64,000 nt of DNA from the NCBI GenBank assembly GCA_963702005.1, contig OY969696.1, positions 2,656,001 to 2,720,000 of the forward strand, written 5' to 3'. The notes under the pieces were generated by a model. That model made no database searches. It was given only the letters and a program-made list of their open reading frames with translations, and was not told where the DNA came from. Source of the DNA: Candidatus Aminicenantes bacterium (GTDB lineage: Bacteria > Acidobacteriota > Aminicenantia > Aminicenantales > JAFGBC01). Each line of letters begins with the position of its first letter. Within the stretch, counting starts at the first letter, position 1. Both the position numbers and the translations under genes were made by a program. This document shows positions 35,650 to 45,585 of the stretch, in pieces.

Positions 35650-37107
35650 ATGAGGAGCAGAAAAGTCCTAATCTTAACGGTGGTCTCCCTCGCTATCATC
35701 TGCGCGGGTTCGGCCTTTGCCGCCACCAAGCTTACGACCATAGGCCGCTATACGTTCGTCCGGGTCCGGGGGAATGTCCCGACCCCCGATGTCATGAAGA
35801 CCCTCTTTGACCGTTATTCGGGCGATATCAAGTACGGCTTCGACCTGGCCGGGAGCGGCGACCTTTACCTGCCGTTCATGGACCAGCTCAAGAACGCCAA
35901 GTTCGAGGAAAAGCAGCTAGCCGTGGGCGATCGAGTCGTGTGGATGCTGTTCCGCAACAATGGCAAGGTCAAGGTTGCCAGAGACGTCGAATGGGCGGGC
36001 AAGAAGCCTCTCGACGTCTTCGTCTTCAAGGTCGTCAAGGACTTCAAGGAATACGAGTTCTTGATGCCCAGGCCCTGCGGCAATATCGCCCTCAGCAAAG
36101 TGACCGATCTCATACCCGTTCCGGTCTGCAACATCACCGTCAGTCCGGGCAAGTGCAACGTCAACGATCCGATCACGGTCGACATGAGTCCGACCAAAAA
36201 CGCGAAATCCATGGAAGTGGATGTCTTCGACGCGACCGGCACAAAGGTCGCCACCAAGACGCTGAGCGCGGACTCGCCCAAGTGGCAGACGTCTTTGGCC
36301 AAGCCGGGCGAGTACACCTTCAAGGCCAGGGTCTATGACCTCAAGGGCGCGCTGGCGGGAAGCGGCTGTTCCGCCAAGACCTACGTCAACTTCCCGCCCG
36401 TATGCAAGCTGTGGACCTCCTGCCTGCCCTGCGAAGACTACGTGGGCCGGCCGGTCGTCTTCGACGCCAACGGCTCGACCGATCCTGACGGCGATATCGC
36501 CAAAGCGACCTTCGAGATCACCGACGCGACGGGCCGGGTCATCGACACCTTCGTCGACACCGAGAAGCCCTTCACCTTCGAGAAGACTTTCCAGAAGGCC
36601 GGGAAATACGCCGTGACCTTAGTTGTGGCCGACGCCCTGGGTGCCGTCTCGCCCGAGCCCTGCCGGCTCGAGTTCGAAATCACCCAGCGAAGATTCTTCC
36701 TGCTCCTCGAAGCCGGCCCGCTCCTGGCCAAGGGGACCTACACGATGTTTATCTTCGCCCGGGGCGGCTTCCTCTACAATATCGTCCCCGGCAGTCTGGA
36801 CTTCATCCTGGCCGCCGGCGTCGCTCCCAAGCTCAAGGGAGATCCCTGGAAGACCTTCTTCCTGGCCAACGCCCTCCTCAACGTCCACGCCGGACCCGCC
36901 TTCGTCGCGGGCGGCCTCGGTTACAGCAGCCAGGAGCAGTCGACCCGCAAGTCCGGACTTGATGCGGTCGGGCAGGTAGGCGTCGAGCTCTTCAAGCGCT
37001 CCCGCTCGACGGGCTCCCTGTTCTTCGAATTCCGCTCTCCGCTGGGCAGCAATCGTTCCTTCGACGATCATCACAAGTTCGCGCTCGGATTCAGGTACAT
37101 CTTCTAA
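35650..37107 (+). CDS. secreted PKD/Ig-like domain protein with putative C-terminal outer-membrane beta-barrel
   Basis: Signal peptide ending AFA; PKD-like FDANGSTDPDGDI...GKYAVTLVVAD; amphipathic strands ending LGFRYIF. Confidence 0.7.
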   Translation: MRSRKVLILTVVSLAIICAGSAFAATKLTTIGRYTFVRVRGNVPTPDVMKTLFDRYSGDIKYGFDLAGSGDLYLPFMDQLKNAKFEEKQLAVGDRVVWMLFRNNGKVKVARDVEWAGKKPLDVFVFKVVKDFKEYEFLMPRPCGNIALSKVTDLIPVPVCNITVSPGKCNVNDPITVDMSPTKNAKSMEVDVFDATGTKVATKTLSADSPKWQTSLAKPGEYTFKARVYDLKGALAGSGCSAKTYVNFPPVCKLWTSCLPCEDYVGRPVVFDANGSTDPDGDIAKATFEITDATGRVIDTFVDTEKPFTFEKTFQKAGKYAVTLVVADALGAVSPEPCRLEFEITQRRFFLLLEAGPLLAKGTYTMFIFARGGFLYNIVPGSLDFILAAGVAPKLKGDPWKTFFLANALLNVHAGPAFVAGGLGYSSQEQSTRKSGLDAVGQVGVELFKRSRSTGSLFFEFRSPLGSNRSFDDHHKFALGFRYIF

Positions 37108-37130
37108 GGGAATCCGGATCGGAAACAACA

Positions 37131-37168
37131 GAGGGCCGAGGACGGCGGCGTCCCCGGCCCTTTTTTTT
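37131..37168 (+). terminator. rho-independent terminator
   Basis: GC hairpin AGGGCCG-A-GGAC...GTCC-C-CGGCCCT followed by a T tract after the PKD gene. Confidence 0.8.
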
Positions 37169-37200
37169 AGGCGCCCGAGACGCTATAATGGACTCCGATC

Positions 37201-38061
37201 ATGAAGATCGCCATCATCGGCGCGGACGGTCAGCTCGGATCCGACCTCGTCCGTCGCCTGAGGGGGGACAAGCTCCTGCCCCTCTATTATCCCGATTTCG
37301 ACGTCACCAAGCCTGACGGCGTCCGCCGGACTTTGACGGCCCTCGCTCCCGATTGCGTCATCAACACGGCCGCCTACCATAGGGTCGATGAGTGCGAACT
37401 CCATCCCGATCAGACGTTCGCCGTCAACGCGACGGCCGTCCGCGACCTCGCCCTTGTCTGTCGGGATCTCGGCTGTCCGCTCGTCCATTTCAGCACGGAC
37501 TATGTCTTTGACGGGACCAAGGCCTCTCCCTATATCGAGGAGGATGTTCCCAATCCGCTGAACACCTACGCCGTTTCCAAACTGGCGGGCGAGTACCTTC
37601 TCAGGAATCATTGGGAACGGCATTTCCTGATCAGGACCAGCGGACTCTTCGGCGAGTCCGGCTGCCTCGAAAAAGGGATGAATTTTGTCGACCGGATCCT
37701 CGATTTGGCCGGGCAGGGAAGGCCCCTCCGGGTCGTCGACGATCAAAGAGCGACTCCGACTTCGACCCGGGAGCTGGCCCGGAGCGTCGACGAGCTTATC
37801 CGGACAGCGTCCTACGGACTCTATCACCTGACGAACGAGGGGGATTGCACTTGGCATGAATTCGCCCGCTCCATTCTCGACCTGGCGAACCTCCGGGCCG
37901 ATCTGCGGCCGGTCAGCAGCCGGGAATTCGGAGCCCGAGCCCGCCGGCCGCCCTATTCGGTCCTGGAGAACAAGAAAGCCAAGTCGGTCAGGCTCACGGC
38001 CTTCTCCCCGTGGCCGGAGGCCTTGCGGGAGTACCTGGCCCGGAAACGGGTTTTAAAATAA
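37201..38061 (+). CDS. rfbD: dTDP-4-dehydrorhamnose reductase
   Basis: GADGQLG, STDYVFDG, YAVSK, DDQRATPT and ARRPPYSVL motifs. Confidence 0.93.
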   Translation: MKIAIIGADGQLGSDLVRRLRGDKLLPLYYPDFDVTKPDGVRRTLTALAPDCVINTAAYHRVDECELHPDQTFAVNATAVRDLALVCRDLGCPLVHFSTDYVFDGTKASPYIEEDVPNPLNTYAVSKLAGEYLLRNHWERHFLIRTSGLFGESGCLEKGMNFVDRILDLAGQGRPLRVVDDQRATPTSTRELARSVDELIRTASYGLYHLTNEGDCTWHEFARSILDLANLRADLRPVSSREFGARARRPPYSVLENKKAKSVRLTAFSPWPEALREYLARKRVLK

Positions 38062-38083
38062 GGGGCGGGGGAGGGGGGGATCG

Positions 38084-38374
38084 TTACTCGGTGAGCTTCC
38101 CGAGCTTGGAAAGCTCCTCGTTATAATACTTGCGGTAGAGGATTTCCCACTCCCGGCTCCCCTCCTCGATGGCCCGCTTCTGGGACTGGATTTTATCGAT
38201 TGCTTTCTTGTCGAGTTGGTCGTAGAGCCGGATCTCCTCCTCGACGGAATGGACGATGCTGAGGCGGATTTCGTTGTCGTCGTCCAGGAACTCGACTTGA
38301 TCGTTCTTCATGAGACAATTGAGGACCTGGCGGGCCAGAAAATTGATCTTCTCGCGGGAGAGGCGGTTGCTCAT
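38084..38374 (-). CDS. DUF507-family protein
   Basis: RLSREKI...EGSREWEILYRKYYNEEL pattern. Confidence 0.75.
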   Translation of the reverse strand: MSNRLSREKINFLARQVLNCLMKNDQVEFLDDDNEIRLSIVHSVEEEIRLYDQLDKKAIDKIQSQKRAIEEGSREWEILYRKYYNEELSKLGKLTE

Positions 38375-38649
38375 AAAACGATGTTCCTTTCCTTGGCCAG
38401 CTTGGTTTTGATCATCCGGAACATCGTCTGGTACTCGATATTCTCGCGGCGGATCTTCTCCATGTGCTTGCTGAGGATCTCGCGGACCTCCTGGTCCAGC
38501 TTGTCCTCCTTCAGGAATTCCTCGGTGATCAGGACCGTGACCTCCTCGAGGACCCTGGCTCGGTCTTCGATGAGCACCTTGCCGTCCCGGGTGAGATTGC
38601 GGACGATGACGAAGCTCAGGTGCTCGATCTGATTTTTATTCAGCCTCAT
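38371..38649 (-). CDS. DUF507-family protein
   Basis: Start MRLNKNQI; EDKLDQEVREIL...MFRMIKTKLAKER pattern. Confidence 0.75.
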   Translation of the reverse strand: MRLNKNQIEHLSFVIVRNLTRDGKVLIEDRARVLEEVTVLITEEFLKEDKLDQEVREILSKHMEKIRRENIEYQTMFRMIKTKLAKERNIVL

Positions 38650-38710
38650 AACCCTGATACAATACAATATCAGGGGGGAAAATTCAAGAACGGAATTCAA
38701 CGATTTGGAT

Positions 38711-39631
38711 TTAATTGAACACGAGAACAGGGAGAAGTGCGGCCTTGTCGGGGGCTCTCCGGGCTATAGCAATGAACTTTCCCGCGGGGCCGAACAGGCG
38801 GAACAGGGTCTCGTCCCCGGCCTGAGATAACGAAGAAGCGGGCGGAGTCTCCGCGGATAAGATGTGTTCGGGCAGGACCGGATTCCCGTTTTTAGCGCAC
38901 CGTTCCCCTTTTTCGGTCAGGATCAGCTTGGGGAGGTCGGAAAGGAGGGCCTCCAGGGGGATCAAAAACGCTACGGGCGAACCGGCCCCGGCCAGCGTCC
39001 GGATCTGTTCCAATGCCAGACAACGGTCCAAAGTATACGGCCCTACAGCGGTGCGGACGAGCTTCGTGAGGTGCCCCCCGCAGCCGAGCTTGAGGCCGAG
39101 GTCGTGGGCAAGCGAACGGATATAAGTTCCCGCCGAGCAGCGGACGGAAAAATCGAAATCCGGCGGTTCATAGGACTTAAGCTCGAAAGAGCTGATCACG
39201 ACGGACGACGGGTTCAGGGGAACGGCCTCGGCGTTCCGGGCCAGACGATAGAGGGGTTTCCCCTTGAATTTCTTGGCTGAAAAAGCCGGCGGGACTTGTT
39301 GTAAGTTCCCGCTGAAGCCCGCCATGGCTCCCAGAACCTCTTCCTGCGAGGGCAGCCGCTCCGCCACGGGCGAAGTAGGTTGGCCTTGAGCATCATAGGT
39401 GTCGGTCGAAAACCCGAGGCGGATCCGGCCCTGGTAGGTCTTGTCGTGCTTCGAAAAATAGGGAAAAAGGCGGGTGGCCTGGCCGCAGGCCGCGATCAGA
39501 ATCCCGGTCGCCAGGGGGTCGAGCGTCCCGAAGTGGCCGATTTTCGCGAACCTCAGGATCCGCCGCAACTCTAGGACGACGTCATGGGACGTCTTCAGCG
39601 GGGGCTTATCGACAAGAATGATTCCGTCCAT
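38711..39631 (-). CDS. truB: tRNA pseudouridine(55) synthase
   Basis: DKP, TSHDVV, GHFGTLDPLATG and CSAGTYIRSLAHD motifs. Confidence 0.96.
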   Translation of the reverse strand: MDGIILVDKPPLKTSHDVVLELRRILRFAKIGHFGTLDPLATGILIAACGQATRLFPYFSKHDKTYQGRIRLGFSTDTYDAQGQPTSPVAERLPSQEEVLGAMAGFSGNLQQVPPAFSAKKFKGKPLYRLARNAEAVPLNPSSVVISSFELKSYEPPDFDFSVRCSAGTYIRSLAHDLGLKLGCGGHLTKLVRTAVGPYTLDRCLALEQIRTLAGAGSPVAFLIPLEALLSDLPKLILTEKGERCAKNGNPVLPEHILSAETPPASSLSQAGDETLFRLFGPAGKFIAIARRAPDKAALLPVLVFN

Positions 39632-39666
39632 GGTCCTGGGGATCGGTCGGGCCGGTCCGGAACCCG

Positions 39667-40635
39667 TCAGGCATCCTGGGCCAGGAGCTTCTCGACCATC
39701 CGCGGGATCTCCTTGATGAGTCGGTCATAGGGTCCGTAGACGGTGAACCCGGCGGCGTGGACATGACCGCCCCCCCCGAATTGTTCGGCCACCCGGGCCG
39801 CGTTGGCCCGGCCTTTGGAGCGGAGGCTGACCCGGAAAGCGTCTCCGTCCATTTCTTTGAAGAAGAGGACGATCTCGACGTCCTTGATGGACCGGGCCAA
39901 GGTCGTGATGTCTTCGGTATCGATCTCCTTGAGGTTCAGGGCGCTTAAATCGTCCTTGAACATAGAGATGATGGCGACATTGCCCCGGGGGTTGAGCTGA
40001 AGCGTCGAAAGGACCTTGCCCAGGAGCTTGATCTTCTCGGGGGGGTTGTTATTGTAGAGCCGCTCGGAGACGTCGATCGGACTCGCCCCCAGCTCGGCCA
40101 GTTTCGCGCAGGCTCCCAGGGCCCGGCCGGTGGTGTTGGAAAACTGGAATGATCCCGTGTCCGAAACGATCGAGCAGTAGAGATGGTTCGCCATGGACGG
40201 CGTGAACCGGACCGGAAGCGCCTGGCCCAGGGCAAGGACCATCTCCCCGACGGCCGGGGCTTCGGGATCGATCCAGTTGATGTCGGCGTAGGGCGTGTTC
40301 GAGTAGTGGTGATCGATGTTGATCTTGAAGTAGCCGTCCAGGTTTTCCTGGCCGGAGCGCGAGACGTCGGCGCACTCGAGAAGAATGACGGCGTCGAAGG
40401 GCTGGGGGACGATCTGGCCGATTCTGATCCGGTCCGCGTCCGGGAAGCGGTGGAAGGGGGACGGCGTCCGGTCTTTATTGATGACGACGGCCTCTTTCCC
40501 CAGGCTTTCCGCCATCAAGGCCAGGGCGAGGCTGGTGCAGACGGAATCGCCGTCGGGTCTTAAGTGGGAGGTGATGGCGATCCGTCGACAGGAGCGGATC
40601 TTGTCGGCGATGCGTTGGGCGCTCTCATTCTTCAT
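39667..40635 (-). CDS. nrnA: DHH-family oligoribonuclease/pAp phosphatase
   Basis: HLRPDGD, IDHH, DTGSF, SLRSK and GGGHVHAAG motifs. Confidence 0.92.
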   Translation of the reverse strand: MKNESAQRIADKIRSCRRIAITSHLRPDGDSVCTSLALALMAESLGKEAVVINKDRTPSPFHRFPDADRIRIGQIVPQPFDAVILLECADVSRSGQENLDGYFKINIDHHYSNTPYADINWIDPEAPAVGEMVLALGQALPVRFTPSMANHLYCSIVSDTGSFQFSNTTGRALGACAKLAELGASPIDVSERLYNNNPPEKIKLLGKVLSTLQLNPRGNVAIISMFKDDLSALNLKEIDTEDITTLARSIKDVEIVLFFKEMDGDAFRVSLRSKGRANAARVAEQFGGGGHVHAAGFTVYGPYDRLIKEIPRMVEKLLAQDA

Positions 40636-40973
40636 GTCTTCTTCGTCAGCTTGAGAAGTTCGTCGATCCTGGCCTCATGGTCGGGACCGAGGTCCAGGGC
40701 GAAAATAAGCAGTGGATTATACTTTAATTTGACCCGGGAGGCAACAGCTTTGCGAAGAACGCCCGCGCCCTTGGCGAGCCGGGCCAGCACGGCGTCGCGG
40801 TCGGCGGAGCCGAAAACCGAGACAAAGACGCGGGCCGTCCTCAAATCGGCCGTCATCTCGACCCGGGTCACGGTCAGAAGACCCGAAGCGGCGTCCTGGA
40901 ACTCCTTGATCAGGACCGGCGAGATGGCCTCTTTGATCAGCGCCCCAATCCGCTTATCCCGGTAGCCGCTCAT
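40632..40973 (-). CDS. rbfA: ribosome-binding factor A
   Basis: TVTRVEMTADLRTARVFVS and LKYNPLL motifs; operon position. Confidence 0.92.
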   Translation of the reverse strand: MSGYRDKRIGALIKEAISPVLIKEFQDAASGLLTVTRVEMTADLRTARVFVSVFGSADRDAVLARLAKGAGVLRKAVASRVKLKYNPLLIFALDLGPDHEARIDELLKLTKKT

Positions 40974-40989
40974 GGCCTGCGCTCCCGCC

Positions 40990-41271
40990 TCACAGGAATT
41001 CGATCCGGCGCCCGACGATCTCGGCCTCGGCCGTCGCCTCGATGTCGCGGAGAACCGTATCCAGGACCTGCTCGACGAAGGACCTTTGCTCGTTGAGGGT
41101 CACGATGCCGATCGCCGCCCGCTGCCATTTGTCCTGGAAATCGAGCTCGGCGACGGCGACGTTGAACCGGCTCCGGAGACGGTCCTTGACTCCCTTGAGG
41201 AACATCCGTTTGTCCTTGAGGGAGTGGGCGTAGGGGAGGAAGAACTCGAGCCGGAGCAACCCGATGACCAT
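40990..41271 (-). CDS. DUF503 (YlxP-like) protein
   Basis: HSLKDKR...RFNVAVAELDFQDKWQ; lies between infB and rbfA. Confidence 0.88.
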   Translation of the reverse strand: MVIGLLRLEFFLPYAHSLKDKRMFLKGVKDRLRSRFNVAVAELDFQDKWQRAAIGIVTLNEQRSFVEQVLDTVLRDIEATAEAEIVGRRIEFL

Positions 41272-41292
41272 GGTCCTCTCGCCGGCCGTCAC

Positions 41293-43092
41293 TCAGGAGG
41301 GTCTGACCTTCTCGGTCAGGAAGGCCTCGATCTGGTCGCCCTCCAGGAAGTCCTTGAACTTCTCGACCCCGATTCCGCACTCGTAGTCTTTCTTGACCTC
41401 GTTGACGTTTTCCTTTAGGTGTTTAAGGGAGGAGATCCGGCTCTTGAGGAGGACGTCCTTGCCGCGCAGGACGCGGACCTCGGCGTTCCGCGTGATCCGG
41501 CCGTCGACGACCAGGCAGCCGGCGATGGCTCCCACCCGGGGGATCTGGAAGACCTTGCGGACTTCGGCCCGGCCCAAATAGGTCTCCTTGATAACGGGCT
41601 CGAGCAGACCCTCCATGGCCTTTTTGATGTCGTCGGTCAGCTGGTAGATGACCCGATAAGTCCGGATCTCGACGTCCTCGGTCTTGGCCAGGGCCTGGAT
41701 CTTGGGGCCGGGCTTGACGTTGTAGCCGATGACGATGGCGTTCGAGGCCGAGGCGAGCAGGACGTCGGACTCGGAGATGGTGCCCGTCGCGGCATGGATG
41801 ATCTTGATCTTGACCTTGTCGCCGCTCAGGGAGGGGAGGAGCTCCATGAGGACCTCGACCGAGCCCTGGACGTCGCCCTTAAGGAGCAGGGGGAGCTCCT
41901 TGAATTCGCCGCCTTCGATCCGCTTGAACAGGTCGTCGAGCGTGATATGCTCGGCCTTGACCGGCTCCTCTTTCTTGACCTTGGAGCGGCGCTGCTCGGC
42001 GATCATCTTGGCCGTCACCACGTCGCCCACGACTTGGAACAAATTCCCGGCCAGCGGGACGTCCGCGAAGCCGAGGACCTCGGCCGGCAGGGACGGGCCG
42101 GCCTTGGGGAGCGGTTTCCCGTTCTCGTCGAACAGGGCCCGGACCTTGCCGAAGGTCATCCCCGACACGAAGGCGTCGCCCGGAAGAAGAGTGCCGTGCT
42201 GGATGACGACCGTGGCCAACGGCCCCTTCTGGGAATCGAGCCGGGCCTCGAGGACGATCCCCTGGGCCGGCCCCTTGGGATTGGCCTTGATCTCGAGCAT
42301 GTCGCTGAGGAGAATGATCATCTCCAGCAGATCGTTGATGCGCGTTTTCTGCTTGGCCGAGACCTCGACGCTGATGACGTCGCCGCCGTAATCCTCGACC
42401 AGGAGGCCCTCTTTGGACAGCTGCTGCTTGACCCGGTCCACGTTCGCCTCGGGCTTGTCGATCTTGTTGATGGCGATGATGAGCGGGACGCCTGCGTCTT
42501 TGGCATGGGCGATCGCCTCGCGGGTCTGGGCCATGACTCCGTCGTCGGCGGCGATGACCAGGACGACGATATCGGTGACCTTGGCCCCGCGCGCCCGGAG
42601 CTGGGTGAACGCCTCGTGACCCGGGGTATCGATGAAGGTTAGGGCCCGGTTGTTGTGGAGGACCCGGTAGGCTCCGATGTGCTGGGTGATCCCGCCCGAC
42701 TCCTTATCGACGAGGTGCGAGGAGCGGATCGCGTCGAGCAGGGTCGTCTTGCCATGGTCGACGTGGCCCATGATCGTCACGACCGGGGCTCGATTCACCA
42801 GCTCCTCGGGACGGCTGAGAGCCTGCTGCTCCATCTCTTTCTCGATCGTGACCAACTCGACCTGACGGTTCAGAATCTGGGCCAGGGCCGGCAGGGCGGT
42901 TTCATCGACGATATCCTGGGGATTGAGAAGGATCCCCTTGGCCCGAAGCTTCTCGCTGAGGCTCTTGGGACCGACCTTGGCCCGCTCGCCGGCCGCCTTG
43001 AGGGTCATGGCTTCGCGGAGGACGAGCTTGGGCCGGGGCTTGGCCGGGGCTGCTTCGACCGGTTTTGAGGCTGTCTGTGTTTTTTTGACCAT
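41293..43092 (-). CDS. infB: translation initiation factor IF-2 (short N-terminus)
   Basis: [30 protein letters not shown] and ECGI motifs. Confidence 0.97.
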   Translation of the reverse strand: MVKKTQTASKPVEAAPAKPRPKLVLREAMTLKAAGERAKVGPKSLSEKLRAKGILLNPQDIVDETALPALAQILNRQVELVTIEKEMEQQALSRPEELVNRAPVVTIMGHVDHGKTTLLDAIRSSHLVDKESGGITQHIGAYRVLHNNRALTFIDTPGHEAFTQLRARGAKVTDIVVLVIAADDGVMAQTREAIAHAKDAGVPLIIAINKIDKPEANVDRVKQQLSKEGLLVEDYGGDVISVEVSAKQKTRINDLLEMIILLSDMLEIKANPKGPAQGIVLEARLDSQKGPLATVVIQHGTLLPGDAFVSGMTFGKVRALFDENGKPLPKAGPSLPAEVLGFADVPLAGNLFQVVGDVVTAKMIAEQRRSKVKKEEPVKAEHITLDDLFKRIEGGEFKELPLLLKGDVQGSVEVLMELLPSLSGDKVKIKIIHAATGTISESDVLLASASNAIVIGYNVKPGPKIQALAKTEDVEIRTYRVIYQLTDDIKKAMEGLLEPVIKETYLGRAEVRKVFQIPRVGAIAGCLVVDGRITRNAEVRVLRGKDVLLKSRISSLKHLKENVNEVKKDYECGIGVEKFKDFLEGDQIEAFLTEKVRPS

Positions 43093-43106
43093 GGGCTGTC
43101 TCTCGG

Positions 43107-44132
43107 TTAAAGTTCCTTAATCTCGATCTTCCATCCCACCAGCCATGAAGCGAGCTTGACGTTGATGCCCTTCTTGCCGATGGCCAGCGAGAGCTGGTCT
43201 TTGGGGACGAGAGCCTGGAGGACCTTCTCGTCCCTGTTGACGATGACGATTTTCTCGACCTTGGCCGGGCTAAGAGCCGCCTTGGCGTAGCCGCCCGGGT
43301 TGGCCGACCATTCGATGACGTCAATCTTTTCTCCCTGGAGTTCCTTGGAGATGGCCAGGATCCGATTCCCCTTGACGCCGATGCAGGCGCCGACCGGGTC
43401 GATATCCTTCTCCTTGGTCATAACCGCGACCTTGGCCCGCTCGCCGGGCTGCCGGACGGCGTCCTTGACGACGATGACCCCGGCCGCGATCTCGGGAATT
43501 TCGAGCTCGAGGAGCTTGTGCAGGAACTTGGGATGGCTTCGGGACACGAAGATTTGGGGGCCTTTGCTGCCCCTCTGAACCTGAAGGATGGCGGCCTTGA
43601 CCTTGTCCCCGCGCTTAAACTCCTCCTGAGGAAGCTTGTCGCGGAGGGACAGGAGGACGTCGGTCCCGTTGACATCAAGGACGGCGGCCTGGTTTTCGAA
43701 GCGGCGGACGATGCCGGTCACGATTTCGCCCAGGCGGGGCGCGAACTGGCCGTAGATCTTTTCCTGTTCGGCGTCGCGGACTTTCTGGAAAATGACCTGC
43801 TTGGCGGCCTGGGCCGCGATCCGGCCCAACGTTTCGGAGGGGAGGTCGATCTCCATCTCGTCGCCGATCCGGGCGTCGGCCTTGAAGGCCCGCGCCTCCT
43901 CGAGGGCGATCTCGCCGGCCAAGTCCCCGGGCTTTTCGACGATCCTCTTGCTGACATGGACCCGAAGCTCGCCCTTCTCGGGCCGGAAATCGACCGTGAC
44001 GTTTTCCTGATGAGTGAAGTACTTGGCCGATGCGACCCGGAGCGACTCCTCGATGGCGCCGATGATGATGGACGTCCCCAGGCCCCGCTCCTTGCTGAGC
44101 TGGAGGATCGTGTTCCAGACGTTGACCTTCAC
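43107..44132 (-). CDS. nusA: transcription termination/antitermination factor NusA
   Basis: GRIAAQAAKQVI, DPVGACIG and LSLAIGKKG motifs; no C-terminal AR domains. Confidence 0.96.
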   Translation of the reverse strand: MKVNVWNTILQLSKERGLGTSIIIGAIEESLRVASAKYFTHQENVTVDFRPEKGELRVHVSKRIVEKPGDLAGEIALEEARAFKADARIGDEMEIDLPSETLGRIAAQAAKQVIFQKVRDAEQEKIYGQFAPRLGEIVTGIVRRFENQAAVLDVNGTDVLLSLRDKLPQEEFKRGDKVKAAILQVQRGSKGPQIFVSRSHPKFLHKLLELEIPEIAAGVIVVKDAVRQPGERAKVAVMTKEKDIDPVGACIGVKGNRILAISKELQGEKIDVIEWSANPGGYAKAALSPAKVEKIVIVNRDEKVLQALVPKDQLSLAIGKKGINVKLASWLVGWKIEIKEL

Positions 44133-44181
44133 TTGTCTATACCTCGGCGCCGGTCGGGCATGAGGGTTTTAGGAAAGGGCA

Positions 44182-44210
44182 ATTATAATGGAAACGAATA
44201 AATATAGCAA
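44182..44210 (-). promoter_or_regulatory. sigma-70-type promoter for the nusA operon
   Basis: Minus strand TTGCTA-17 nt-TATAAT. Confidence 0.65.
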
Positions 44211-44221
44211 TCAGACGCGGC

Positions 44222-45571
44222 TCAAGACACGGCCGGCATGATTGAGCTGGGTCCGACCTGCTCGCCGCGGAGGCTGTAAGGACCGTATCCCGTGATACGG
44301 ACTCGGACGAACGGCCCTTCGGGTTCGGCGGCGGCGCTGAAGTTGACGACCTGGTTGCCTTCGCTCCGGCCCGCGTAGGATCCTGCGCCTTTCTTGCTAG
44401 GACCTTGGTACAGAACGTTCAAGGTCCGTCCCAGAAAGGACTTGTGGTATTCAAGCTGGATGCCCTTCTGGCGGGACTGGACGGCGATGAGCCGGTCCCG
44501 CTTGACGGCTGGAGGGACGTCGTCGGGCATCCGCGACGCGGCCGCGTAGGGCCTGGGAGAGTAGCGGAAAGAAAAGATGTTGGCGAAGCGGATTTCCTCG
44601 AGCAGGCGCAGGGTGTCCAGGAACTCGGCCTCGGTCTCGCCCGGGAACCCGACGATAATATCGGCGCTCAGGCTGATTTCGGGCATCAGCCCGCGCAGGA
44701 TCCTGATTTTGTCCAGGTATTCCTCGCGGTCGTATCCGCGGTTCATCCGCTCCAGGACCGGGCCGGACCCCGACTGGACCGGAAGGTGGAGCTGGCGGCA
44801 GACCTTGCGGAATCGGGCCATCGCCCGGGCCAGATCGGCCGAGAAAGTCCTGGGATGCGAAGTGATGAAGCGGATCCACTCGATTCCGTCCAGGGCGGCC
44901 GCGGCTTCGAGGAGGTCCGGGAAAGACCGGCCGGTCTCCGGGTCCCGGTAAGCGTTGACGTTCTGGCCCAGGAGTTGGACTTCGCGGACGCCGCGTCCGG
45001 CCAGCTCCCGGATCTCCTCCAGGATGTGCCTGGCCGGCCGGCATTTTTCGCGGCCCCGGGCGAAAGGCACGACGCAGTAGGAACAAAAATTATCGCAGCC
45101 TTCCATGATCGTGATAAACGCGCTCCGCGGGTCGCTGTGGAGAACCTTTCCGGCCGGCCACTCGCGCCAGAGGCGACTGTGCGACGTGACAAGAACCCGC
45201 TCCCTCCGCTTGTCTCGGACGATCTCCGGAATGAGGTCGTAGTGCCCCGGGCCCAGGACGAAATGAAGGCGTCTCTTCTTCTCCCAGAGGGCCGCTCTCT
45301 GGACCTGGGCGACGCACCCGACGATGCCGACCATGGCGTCCCTTCCCTTCGTCAGCTTGTCCAGCCGCCCCAGGAACGAATAGAGCTTCTCCTCGGCTTT
45401 GGCTCGGACGGCGCAGGTGTTGACGATGATAAGATCGCTTCGCTCGACGCTTTCGGCCTTGACCGCCCCTTCGGACTCGAGCAAGCCGGCGATCCGCTCC
45501 GAGTCGTTTTCGTTCATCTGGCAGCCGAAGGTCCGGATGAAGTAGGTCAGACCCCGCAGATCGTCGGCCAT
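44222..45571 (-). CDS. miaB: tRNA methylthiotransferase MiaB
   Basis: Start MADDLRG; TFGCQMNENDSE, NTCAVR, GCVAQ and CDNFCSYC motifs; C-terminal TRAM domain. Confidence 0.95.
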   Translation of the reverse strand: MADDLRGLTYFIRTFGCQMNENDSERIAGLLESEGAVKAESVERSDLIIVNTCAVRAKAEEKLYSFLGRLDKLTKGRDAMVGIVGCVAQVQRAALWEKKRRLHFVLGPGHYDLIPEIVRDKRRERVLVTSHSRLWREWPAGKVLHSDPRSAFITIMEGCDNFCSYCVVPFARGREKCRPARHILEEIRELAGRGVREVQLLGQNVNAYRDPETGRSFPDLLEAAAALDGIEWIRFITSHPRTFSADLARAMARFRKVCRQLHLPVQSGSGPVLERMNRGYDREEYLDKIRILRGLMPEISLSADIIVGFPGETEAEFLDTLRLLEEIRFANIFSFRYSPRPYAAASRMPDDVPPAVKRDRLIAVQSRQKGIQLEYHKSFLGRTLNVLYQGPSKKGAGSYAGRSEGNQVVNFSAAAEPEGPFVRVRITGYGPYSLRGEQVGPSSIMPAVS

Positions 45572-45585
45572 GGTTGGTTCGGATC

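Noticed and set aside
38048-38080. G-run cluster between convergent rfbD and DUF507 as a G-quadruplex
   Set aside because: Short, single occurrence in a GC-rich genome, and homopolymer lengths may be unreliable.
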